Shown here in pieces: positions 28,929 through 39,905 of a DNA stretch of 64,000 bases. The stretch is from Tubulanus polymorphus (Eukaryota; Animalia; Nemertea). Position 1 is the stretch's first letter, and the number at the start of each line of letters is the position of its first letter. A program made the position numbers and the translations under genes. The stretch spans positions 25,268,150 to 25,332,149 of the forward strand of contig NC_134026.1 of the NCBI RefSeq assembly GCF_964204645.1. Direction: 5' to 3'. The notes beneath the pieces are model-generated. The model was not told where the DNA came from. It saw only the letters and a program-made list of their open reading frames with translations, and did not search any database.

Positions 28929-29325
28929 GGGGTCGTGCATACGCACGTAGGGAGAGGGGTTTTAGAAATCCGTACAAAAGCCGTACAGGAGGGAGGGGTG
29001 AGCTCAAGGCGTAGGCCTATACACACTTTTCTAAGGGGAGGTAGGCCTACTTTGTGCACGAAACACAATGTGATTCCCCCATATTTGTTGGTTCCCACTC
29101 TCGGTCATCGTCGTCGGAGCTCTGGTGAATTTTGCACCCCTGTGAAGCTGGCTCCCGGTTCAAAAGCATTTTGAATCGGGAGCTGAATCAGTAGCCGGCT
29201 CCCGGTTCCCGATTCAAAAGCATTTTGAATTGGGAGCCGAATAAGGAACCGGGAACCGGGAGCCAGCTTCACAGGGGTGAATTTTGCACGGTAGTCAAGC
29301 GCGCGTACTAATTTATGACGGCCCC
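28929..29325. mobile_element. MITE with GGGG...CCCC ends, interrupted by the 143-bp MITE
   Basis: Left end ggggtcgtgcata, right end tatgacggcccc (imperfect TIR). Confidence 0.5.
29136..29278. mobile_element. 143-bp palindromic MITE with target-site duplication
   Basis: TIR acccctgtgaagctggctcccggtt / aaccgggagccagcttcacaggggt, flanked by direct repeat gaattttgc (29127-29135, 29279-29287). The boundary could shift by 1 bp to give a 7-bp TSD. Confidence 0.85.
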
Positions 29326-30005
29326 ATATCCAAAAAAATTTGGTTCAAAATTTGGCTCCTAGGTAATAGCCAAACATATTTGAACGCTACTCAACAATTG
29401 ACCACAGCACAAGTTATGACTATTATCATTGAAACCTCACATACCATGGTAAAAATGATAACCCTCGCAAGCCAGGGGCAGGAATCAATGCAAATATTCA
29501 CATGCCAGAGTAAGAATCATTAAAACCCAGTGCAAGCCCAGCATCACAAAAAGTTTTAAACACTTTGTTTAAAACTTAATTGTAGTAGCCAGGCAAGGGT
29601 CCAGATATAAGGGACTATTTGGACAAGCTCATTTTCGTGTGCTGTAGAATTTGCAGTATATCACAAAAATGATAAATTCCCAAATTGATTTTAGATCTTC
29701 ACTAACCCGGTTTATCTTAAAATTAATTAAGGAAGTACGTACATGTAATTGCATTCTTGTGAAACTGGAACCCTATTTTGCCACATTGACTTAGTCAATG
29801 CTAGGCTGGCACTAAGGGATACCAACCCTGAGGCTAGCTAATATCAGCGATGAGCTTGAACTATAAAACCGAAATTTAACCCAAAGGTTTAGAAAACCCT
29901 AGGGTTAAATTTCGGTTATCTTAGTACACAGTCTATAAAACCTGTCCCAGAGTAGAATTTGGTTGATGCGAGTGTTTATGATGCGAGGGTTTCAATCATA
30001 GTTCA

Positions 30006-30238
30006 GACGCTGCAGTTTCATACATCGAGTCGAGTCGAGTATTTAATACCCTGCAGGGTCCAGTTTCACAAAAGGATCAACTCCGATTTAGGAACTACAT
30101 GTTCAAACGCAATTGTTGGTTTGTGAAACTGTACCCTCGTCTCAGTTTCATAGAGATAATTAAGTTTTTCAGAAACTGAGCCAGTGGGTGTAGGTTTATC
30201 ATGAGTGACGACGCAGAGTCTATGAAACTGCTGTCGTC
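30006..30238. mobile_element. Nest of small cagtttca-type (Harbinger-like) MITEs
   Basis: Inner element 30055-30137 (agggtccagtttcacaaa / tttgtgaaactgtaccct), an adjacent ctcagtttc / gaaactgag pair, and an outer gcagtttcata / tatgaaactgc pair. Related ends occur at ~29597-29775. Confidence 0.55.
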
Positions 30239-31591
30239 TTTAATCGCAACTAGAACAACACAGAAAATAAATATTCATTTCAAATAAACCATACAAACAG
30301 TTCATACAAAATAAAGTCCCATGATAAAAGAAAACCTGTCGCAATTTTTGGTTTCATTAGATTGTGGGACTTAACACGTCATACAAAATAAGTCATTGAT
30401 TTACAATATTATGCAAGTTTATACATACATACCCAGACCAGAAACCGGGTCCTTGGGTACAAATAATTACAAACTAATGGAGTGTGTAAAATATCTCAAG
30501 CCCTTGACCCATCTCAGAAAGCCCATCGTTAATATTCAATTTCAATTTTCAGTAAAAATTAAAATAAGATTAAAAACCCAATATATCACATACAAATTTA
30601 AAAGAATTAAGACATGTTTCTTTCAAAAGAATTGATACGAGTCATTCCAGAGACCATTGTCAAATATGAAGAAATAACTAAAACGTGGGGATAGGTAGAA
30701 CTTGTTAATTGAGAAAGTATAGTGAAGGTGTTTAGTGCTTAGGTTGAGGTTTTATTTTGTGCATAGGTTGTTCTAAATATTTCTTCATTTACTTTATTTT
30801 GATTCTGATTTTTGATATATATATATATAAATTATGTGTTTAATCTTTTGAATTTGCATATAGCAGGTTTAAATCATTTATTTAAGAGCTACACGCCTGA
30901 GTCAGTGTCCAGGCATTAAGGCAACAAGGATGTTACAGCTTTGTGAGACAAATCAGGGGACCACTCCATTGTTTTTATGGGTCTATGAAACCATCACAAA
31001 CAGAACAACAGTAAGCTGCCTATACCGACCGGCACATTACAATGTATAATAATATTAATTTGGCTTAAAAATTTAAAATAGCAGATCTCTGAAATAAGTG
31101 GCAGCATATCAATCTTCAGGTAGATATGGTAGATGGCTAGTGCCCTGTCCCTGTCAAATGGCACATTGGACCCCACTTCGTCCTAAAATAGAGAAAACTT
31201 CATTGATTAAAAATTGTTCCGCGAAATAAAAAGACATCACACCGGCTATCCTGAAAATTACCTTTTTTCTGACTTTTTTATCATCGTAGCATATTGTCCA
31301 CAGTATTTCCAGTGCAGCAGCCGCACTTCTTACTAAACATTCTAAAGAATCACACATAAAAATACTGTATACAGTAGCAGTAACACATAGCTAGGACAAA
31401 AGTATCAAATTGGAGCATAGTGGAGTGATGAAAAACTCACCATTTCCAAACTTGTATCGGATTAGTCCAGTACCATTTTGACCACGCAGACCATTTTCAT
31501 TTTCAAGCAGAATTTCATGTCCAAGAACCATAATGTCATGAAGTTTAAGAGCGCTGATAATTTCCTGAAAAAATCAATATATAAATAATTG

Positions 31592-31833
31592 AACTGTTGA
31601 ATTGTGTAGAGAAAATTACTAATAATAGCAATGAGCTTCTTCATTCTTTTTTAATGTAGTTCCACATCGCTCCTCAAAACAAGTCCTGGTAAATATCTTT
31701 GCAGATTCCAGATAACTGTTGAATTGTGTAGAGAAAATTACTAATAATAGCAATGAGCTTCTTCATTCTTTTTTAATGTAGTTCCACATCGCTCCTCAAA
31801 ACAAGTCCTGGTAAATATCTTTGCAGATTCCAG
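31592..31833. repeat. Recent tandem duplication, period 122 bp
   Basis: aactgttgaattgtgtagag...tttgcagattccag is present twice and identical by eye. Confidence 0.92.
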
Positions 31834-33103
31834 GTTGCTCCTGTTCGACCTTGCTGACCATTTTCATTTCTAGCAGCATTTCACTTCCAAGAGCCATTTT
31901 GACATAAAGTTAAGAGAACTGATGATTTCCTGAAAAAATTAAGAAGAAATGGTGATAATACTCATTGAAAGTTAAGATATAAGAGCCATTTCAACTTGAA
32001 AATCACTGCTTTCATCTCATCTGTTTGCAGAATTATTAGGCTGCATGTGAGGAGAATCTAGCATTATGTTTGAGGTGAACTTTGAACCAGGTGTTATGAG
32101 CTGTAAATTCTGGTGCTGGTGGACTTTATTCTGTAAGAGAAAATTGATCAGTGAAATGAGGAAACATCATGTGTGTGTCTGCTATTCTCAAAATTACAAT
32201 TTTTCTTACTTGTTTTGATTATTGTAGTAATAGTGTATATCTTCCAGTAGATTTGATCGGGGATGCAGCAGCCGCACTTCTTACAAGCCTTTCTATAAAA
32301 TCACACATAAAAAAACTGTATAGAATAATCAATTGTTGAGTTATCATCAAATCAGAGCACAGTGGAGTGATGAAAAACTCACCATTTTCCTGAATTAGAT
32401 TAGTTGGATTAGTTAGTGCCTTTTGACCTTGCTGACCATTTTCATTTCTAGCAGGATTTCACTTCCAAGAGCAATTTGTGACATAAAGTTAAGAGCACTG
32501 ATGATTTCCTGAAAAAATTAAGAAAATTACTCAGTTTCTTTTAAAGAATAATAGCAGCTTCAGCAACAATACGCTTATTCATTATTTGAATGTGAATATC
32601 TTTTTTCCAACACAATTTGAGATGGGTGCATCGCATATTGGAAAGAGAAAGATTATGCCAGAAAATGGCTAATGAAATAAATAGAGACTGCAACTTGTTT
32701 GTGTTCGATTGACTGAAAACCCACCAGGTTTTTGAGTTGTTTATCATAATGTGTTGAGTGTATGCAGATTTCTGAGGGGTCTGCTGACATTGACCAATCA
32801 AAAACCCACCATTTTCCGGACTTGATTTGAGAAGATAAATCTATTGAAACTGGATGAAAAATAATAAATGAAGTTTATAACTGATAAATCACCACAAATT
32901 ACTGCAATAAACCAATAGAAAACTCACCACTCCTGACTTGTATTTGATTTGTAGAGCGAAATGTTTACTGTTTGCATTACGAAGGTTCAGCTTCATTTTG
33001 ATCCCTAAAAAACAGGTCTTTTAAACTGCAAATTCTGGCTGGTGCGGGTCAGATCTTATTCTGTAAAGAGAAAATTTATTAGTTATCATGCATGTGTCTG
33101 CAA

Positions 33104-33279
33104 CAGTCAACCCCCAATATACTGCCCTCCCATATACCAGCACCCCCGCCTACTGCCAGGTTTTCTCGATGTACATCTCAATACAAATACATAGTAGAAC
33201 ACCCCCGATATACTACCATACTCTCTATACCGCCAAAATCGTTCTGCACCGATGTGGGCGGCATATCGGGGGTTGACTG
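33104..33279. mobile_element. Tc1/mariner-pogo-like MITE
   Basis: TIR cagtcaaccccc.atat / atatcgggggttgactg, with TA on the right flank (left flank aa). Partial copies at 28582-28708 and 41047-41146. Confidence 0.75.
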
Positions 33280-34317
33280 TATGCTGAGAAATACTTTTCT
33301 TCTTACCTGTTTAAATTATTGTAATGGTAGTAGTATATTTCCGCAGTAGATTTGACTGGGGGTGCAGCGGCCGCACTTCTTACAAAGCTTTCAAGAGAAT
33401 CACACATAAAAAACTTAATTAGAAGAAAAATCGATTGAAACCGGACAAAAAATAATAAATTAAGTTTATAACTGATAAATCACCACAGGTTACTGCAATA
33501 AATGAATATAAACTCACCATCTCTGTGTTTGATTTGCAGAATGCTATATTAAGTGTTTTTACTCTGCAGATTTGTTAAGGTTCAGCTTCATTGTGGTCCC
33601 TGAAATACAAATGTTGAATAGAAGCATATAGGCCTATACGTTGTTATGAAATAAAAGCAGTTCCAAACCAAATCAAAAACACACCATTTTCCTCAACGTT
33701 TTTAAGCCAATGGTATTCGAGGTTGACTGTTGGCTGCCAAGACCTCCATAGCTCTGCTCGCTGAAAATATGTATGAAAAACATAAGGACCTCGATAATCG
33801 CAACTTCGATCAGGACGTAAATGATAGAAAACACACTTCAAACTGCTGTGATCTTTGAGTGATGGATTGCTGAAAAAATAAACAGATAAGAATAATCTAT
33901 ATAGAATATTTCTCTGACAATAATGAATTCTGATAGATTTCCAGACGGCTTTTACCTGCTGCTGGTGCCGCGTGTAACCGGTATCTCATCATGAAATGAG
34001 AGTAAAACTGCAGTTTTTATTTCTATTACTGCATTTCATTCTGAAAAGAAAAAGAAAAAGAAAAAATTATCAGTGACAACACAGCAGCAAGTAACATATC
34101 AAAAATCTCAATCAATCAGACAGTGCAGGATTTCTCTAAATTACATGTATACAGCTGTATTTCAGACTGATTGAACGGTTACAGATACGTGTAACATACA
34201 GATACAGAGTACAGATCACTGTATTACTTTCACCTGATATTGAACAGTGATTTGTTCTCTCATCTCCACTATTCCCATAAGTCTAACTAAAACATTGTAA
34301 CATTTCAACTCACCTAA

Positions 34318-34560
34318 CCTCCCGTCCCGACCCTCCCTCACCCCTTCCCTCCCGCCCTCCCTCACCCCTTCCCAACCGCCCTCCCTCACCCCTTCCCTCC
34401 CGCCCTCCCTCACCCCTTCCCTCCCGCCCTCCCACACCCCTTCCCTCCCGCCCACCCTCATCCCATCCCTCCTGCCCTCCCCCACCCTTCCCATCCCCCA
34501 TCCCTCGATGCCCTCCCACCTAGCCCTCTCTCCTGGCCCTCCCTCAATATCCTCCCATAA
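34318..34560 (-). repeat. GGGA-rich 24-bp minisatellite, G-quadruplex-prone
   Basis: Units like ccctccctcaccccttccctcccg. Related tracts at 38941-39141, 60809-61025 and 63489-63815. Confidence 0.9.
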
Positions 34561-35489
34561 AGCCTACATAACTCTCTCGTCTCCTCATCTGAAACCACTC
34601 ATCTCTACAATAACTACAAAATGATTTGCCATTTTTCACGATCATATTAATTTCATATAAACAAATCAAATAAATATACTTAAACAATTGCATCATATAC
34701 AAGACTCGTGGATACTTTCTTTACAATTTTGGAGGCATTCAGATCATCTCAAATAATCATATGCCTAGTTCACAAACTAATCACAGTCTTGAAAATCACA
34801 TGGCCTCATTTTCACAGATGATTTATTTGTCAATTTCAAGAAATTCATTCAAATTATTCCTATTGTTTCTTTGCCCACCAATATGACAATATATCATGTT
34901 GGGGATTGTTCAAACCAATTCAAATTTCATGGTTTGTTGCAGCAGTTCTCTGTAAACAGATTTCTTTTATCAATTTGAGTTGTAGAGAAGTTTTATCTCC
35001 AAATTATCAAACCAAACCTAAGAAACTCAACTAACAATGTTGTAAGGGAGGGAGATACGGAGGGTTCACCCAAACCAAGGAAATAAATCCAAACCAAACC
35101 TCCACACTCACAAAATGTTGTGAAAGGGCAAACACAAATCAAGGACAAGAATGATGCCCGATTCAGCTAGATCAAAATACATATTGCTATTCATGTCACC
35201 ACTCTCATTATGAAACCATTGTGGACTAATGACAGTTGATAGTCAGATTAGACATCTATATACTCTCTACTAAAGGCTTTATATGAGCAAGTTGTTTTAT
35301 GGAATTCTATTCATTCAGATTTATTATTCATGTGCTGATGTTAACAATATATACACCATAAAATCTGTCTGATTTTAATATGATTGTCAAGTTTACACTT
35401 GAACCCAGTGGAACAAATAGAACTCTGGCCATATTTCATCATTTGCCATTTTTCGTTTTTACTTTCTTTTGTCTCACTTTAAGTGCTTG

Positions 35490-35716
35490 CGTCGGAGACC
35501 ACTCTTTACATTTTTTTTTCTTTTCTCTTTTTTTTGAGTTGAGGTAGGAATAGACCCCTGCGCACCCTCTGAGCGTGCAGGACACTAAACCTTCGAATTG
35601 CTCCCAGACCCCACTCTTTACATCTTTTTCTTTTTTTGAGTTGAGGTAGGAATAGACCCCTGCCCGCCCTCTAAGCGTGCAGGACACTAAACCTTCGAAT
35701 TTCTCTCGAACCCCTC
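35490..35716. repeat. Two tandem ~103-bp units (GC-rich ~80 nt plus T-rich spacer)
   Basis: gagttgaggtaggaatagacccctgc...gcgtgcaggacactaaaccttcgaatt occurs twice; mirrored at 62361-62552. Confidence 0.8.
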
Positions 35717-36074
35717 TTCATCAGCATTTTATGCTGTTTTGTTTTGTGGCTAGAAGCTCACACATTTTTCTTTTCATATGGCTTTTTCTTATTGGCTATT
35801 TCTAAAATGTTCCTCTCACTGGCATAATCATCAGTTCCAACTGGGGTCAAGTTTGTCTTTTAGTGACATACCGCAAAATATCTGTGACTAAGATATGTCA
35901 GTTTAATTATCGAATCCCTCACTGTCGCCAATAAAACCAGTAGCAGCAGCAGCAGCAGCAGCACTGATACAGATGAATCGTTCATAAACAACGTCATTAG
36001 TTCCACATAAATCATTTAATTTTCAAACATAAGAGTCGTGAAGACAACAAAAATAAATTGTAAAACGTTTCATC

Positions 36075-36540
36075 CATGGTCCTTATTTGGTGCCCAAAGA
36101 GTCTAAGTTTGGTTCACAGCCATGGTTTAGTGACCAAAGAGTCAAAGTTTGGTAACCAAAGAGTCAAAGTTTGGTTCAAGGATGGTCCTGGTTTAGTGAC
36201 CTAACTCGTCAAAATTATTGGTTCACAACCATGGTTTAGTTACCAAAGAGTCAAAGTTTGGTTCATGGTCCTGTTTTAGGAACCAGAGTCAAAGTTCGGT
36301 TCATGATCTTGTTTTAGGGACCAAACTAGTCAATGTTTGGTTTATGGTCCTGGTTCGGTGACCAGTCAAATTTTGATTCATGGTCCTGGTTTGGTGACCA
36401 AACAGTCAAAGTTTGGTTCATGGTCCTGTTTTAAGGATTAAACTAGTCAGTTTGGTTCACAGTCCTGGTTTGGTGACCATGGAGGACAATTTTGGTGACC
36501 ATGGAGGGAAATTTTGGTCATGGCTTTGGTTTGGTAACAC
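36075..36540. repeat. Degenerate ~20/40-bp minisatellite (gaccaaagagtcaaagtttggttcatggtcctgg)
   Basis: Seen directly; mirrored at 61587-62010. Confidence 0.88.
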
Positions 36541-37080
36541 GAGAATGAATTTGGCCCTCATTAAAGGTAAGTCAGTTTTATGGCCCTGGTTTTTTAAGTG
36601 TTTAGCCATAAAATGGTAACGGCTCAACGCGCAAACACACATAGCATGAAATTGAGTGTTGCATATTTTGAATAAGGGCATTAAGACTAATCACAATGTA
36701 TAAAGTCAAAATTATACACTGAATGGGTTCAAAATCTTGTACTAATAGATTAATCAAAAAATAATGCACTAATAAACTTTAAGTCAGAAATATTGTACTA
36801 ATTACAGTCTCAAATGATGCATTCATCAAAGTCTAAAGAGCTATGTATAAAAAGTGACTAATTGAAGCACTGATAAAATTCAAAATATTTAAACTACAGA
36901 GGATGAAATAACTTTCATAAACTGATATGATCGTGAAAAATGGCAAAACAATTCAACTAAGATAAGTAAAGCTACCCGTTGATAAAACACTAAATCTGTG
37001 TAACGATGATATTGTGTAGAGAATCCCACAATAATAACGAAAAATAGTATAATGTCCGAAAATGTTTCCTTGGGCTATAT

Positions 37081-37127
37081 TTATTCAACGTTTCGACTAA
37101 ATTCTAAATAGTCATTTTCAGGAATAA
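37081..37127 (-). ncRNA. Degenerate minimal hammerhead ribozyme (core CUGAAAA, G8->A)
   Basis: Minus strand: ttattc CTGAAAA t gacta-loop-tagtc GAAAC GTT gaataa. Stems I and II are intact. Confidence 0.6.
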
Positions 37128-37403
37128 GAAATATAGCTGCAACGAAGCGACAATGGGTTTACTGCCTCAAGAAAAATGCCAAAGTTACGTAGTAAAGCTA
37201 CTATACATATTTACAATGGATCTGAACGACAAAGAAGTGAGTTCCTAAAATGACGACTGGGGTTGATAAGCTTCACGATTGTTTTTCAAAATATTCCTTA
37301 TTTCCTAGATTTGTAGTTAGACACACTTAGGCTTCCAAGTCTAGGCAAGTCTAAAGAAAGAGGGCCCTTCCAAACAAGTTGTCAAGTTACCCGGTGCTTT
37401 GCT

Positions 37404-37417
37404 GCGCCATCTGGTGA
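37404..37417 (-). promoter_or_regulatory. CTCF-like motif
   Basis: Minus strand tcaccagatggcgc versus consensus CCASYAGRKGGCRS. Motif match only. Confidence 0.35.
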
Positions 37418-38389
37418 GTGCCGCTATCCCATTGCCTCGCAGTTAACGCATTGCGACCATTGATAAGAAGTCATTGCAAGCAGGAAACCATAGCGATATT
37501 CAACTTTCAACACGAGCAATGCGAATAGATAGTCAAAGTGGGTTTTCAATAGGGTTTTCAATAGGGACAATAGGGTTTTCTGCTGAAGGTAAGGAAACCC
37601 TAAAAATCTACAATTCACGTTGATGTAAGTGAAAAAAGATACGCAATTCCCTTAAAATGGAGTTAATGAAAAAACGAATGCGTTTCCTACAAATAAATCG
37701 CTAAGATTTTAAATAATTCTCAAGGATTCTCAAACACAGAAATAATCTTAGATCCCTAAACTACGTTATATGGTGCGCTTAATTAACGTTTACTACTCAC
37801 TCAAAGTAGTACGAAAGGACTAAACTAATGGTAAAACTACAGCTGATTCAATTCTTCACAGCCACCTTAAATTGAATATCCTATTCAAAAATGAACGTTG
37901 CTGGATGTATGCTAAAAAAATAGTCTCTCTGTGTCTTTGTCAGTCCGTATCATCATTGTTCTGTCTATAAATTGTACAGTTTATTTCAGAAAATGTCTCC
38001 CATCTTTTCAAAAACACTACGATAACTAACTATTAAGGATATCTACAGATAGGGATTTCTATCTGAAAATCGATCCGAAAAGTTTTGAAAAATTAGATGA
38101 ATTTTGGTGCAGTTCTGAGCACGTTCATGGTTGAAATTAGGAATAAAATATGCTCACAATTTCACAATTTTCTAAACAAGTCATGGGTAGAAATATGCCG
38201 AGGTCACTCAGCTGAAAAAGGGGTGTGGACTAAACGTAGACTGTATCTGGACAACAATTTTCAAGTCATCAAGCTGGCAATCCCCCTACTACAGTTCTAT
38301 TACTACAGTCAATAATTCCAAGGAGCACAGAAGAAAATAGGAAACTTTCTGCTGGCATCGATGTCAAAAAGAAGCAGTACACCAACAGG

Positions 38390-38660
38390 TTTCAACAGTA
38401 ATCATTACGCACATAGTTGTTGTCGCAACTAGGGAGTCTAATCATTCGAGTAAATCACTCATTCATGATCAACTTGAAAAACGGCCCTAAAAATTAATAA
38501 GTTCCCATCAAAAATCTGGGGTAATTATCTCAAAACGATTCAGAAGAGAAGTGACAGTAAACTTACGCACATTCACAGGGGATCAAACCCGGGTATCAAG
38601 GCAATCGCGCTATAAACCAGTAAAACTAATAGAACTAGTCCACTTAACCAGTGGTTATAC
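38390..38660 (-). mobile_element. Possible decayed tRNA-derived SINE
   Basis: Minus-strand A-box-like tataaccactggttaagtgg and B-box-like cgggtttgatcccc. The 3' limit is a guess. Confidence 0.3.
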
Positions 38661-39674
38661 AGCTTGTCATATGCATGAGTTTAACATGACGTGTTCAAGT
38701 CTTGTGCGACGATGCCTAACTAACAGTAAAGGTGTTTTATACTGATCAATCCTATTGGTTATAAAAATGAATAAAAATGGGACACATTTTCTGAAATATC
38801 CTGTAGTTCAAGACAAAAAATAACTACCATAACTAAACCTGTACCTGACCCTAAACCACCACCCACCTAAACCCTAAAGCCCCACCCATATGGGCTATGG
38901 TAGAAATTTGGAAGGAGAGGTATAGGGTATCTATGCCCTACACTCCTCCTTCCAAATTCCTACCACTGCCCATCTCCCTACCACCCCATCCCTCCCACGC
39001 CCTATCTCCCACCCTCCCCAGATCCCATCCCTCCCACCCTCCCTCAACCCCTTCCCTCCCGCCCTCCCACAATCCCTTCCCTCCCGCCCTCTCTCAACCC
39101 CTTCCCTCCCCCCAACCCTACCCACCCTCCCCCATACCCTGCAGTTAGGTGAGCTGAAATGTTACAATGTTTTAGTTAGACGGATGGGAATAGTGAAGAT
39201 GAGAGAACAAATCACTGTTCAATATCAGGATGAAGTAATGCAGTGATCTGTACTCTGTACACACAATGTTACACGTATCTCTAACAGTTCAATCAATTTG
39301 AAGTCTACAGCAGTATAATCTAGGGAAATTCTACTCTTAAGATGCATATCTGATTGTGATGAAGGAATATTATTGATAATAGTTGTATCATTGACATTAG
39401 GGACTAGTTTCGTATTGATTGGAAATAACATTTGAGTTGATCGCAAGTTTAAAAACCTGTAAACTGGCTTTATCTTTTTTGAATCCCTGAAATAACAATC
39501 CCAACCATAAACTAATCCTTACCAAAGACATTTGAATGAATTGAATAAATGCAACAGCTTTCTGTGATTTCATTTCAAAACATGGTTTCTATCTTTAAAA
39601 CTTGTCCCTTAAAATCAAATCAACAACTGAAAAACAAAGATAAATGTAACTTATCTTGAATTTCGATTGAGTGA

Positions 39675-39905
39675 TTCTCACCGTCCTCTACTGAATCCAA
39701 GAAAGTCTTATTGTAAAACAGTGATTCCTTGTTGTCCTGTGCTGAATCCAAGAAGGTAGCCTTATTGTGAAACACTGATTCTCGTAATCCTGTGCCGAAT
39801 CCAAGTCTCATAGTAAACAGTAATTCCCGATGTCATGCGCAGAATCCAAGACAGTCTTTTATTGTAAAACAGAGATTCCTGATGTCCTGTACTGAATCCA
39901 AGTTC
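39675..39905. repeat. ~50-bp minisatellite, 5 units (ttggattcagcacaggac... on minus)
   Basis: Units of unequal length; mirrored at 60040-60275. Confidence 0.8.

Larger units (their letters stand above)
31255..33610. repeat. Diverged ~1-kb tandem segmental repeat of exon/intron-like modules
   Basis: tgcagc(a/g)gccgcacttcttac...aatcacacataaaa at ~31313, 32264 and 33363. gaccattttcatt...atttcctgaaaaaa at ~31490, 31856 and 32435. actgataaatcaccaca at ~32880 and 33471. Confidence 0.8.

Noticed and set aside
34216-34519. GGREG-repeat ORFs (also 38897-39148, 60801-61076, 63618-63917)
   Set aside because: Translations of the GGGA minisatellite; adjacent exon-like segments are closed in all frames.
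39620-39905. LDSAQD-type peptide repeat ORF
   Set aside because: Unit lengths are not consistently multiples of three and the frame differs between the two arms.
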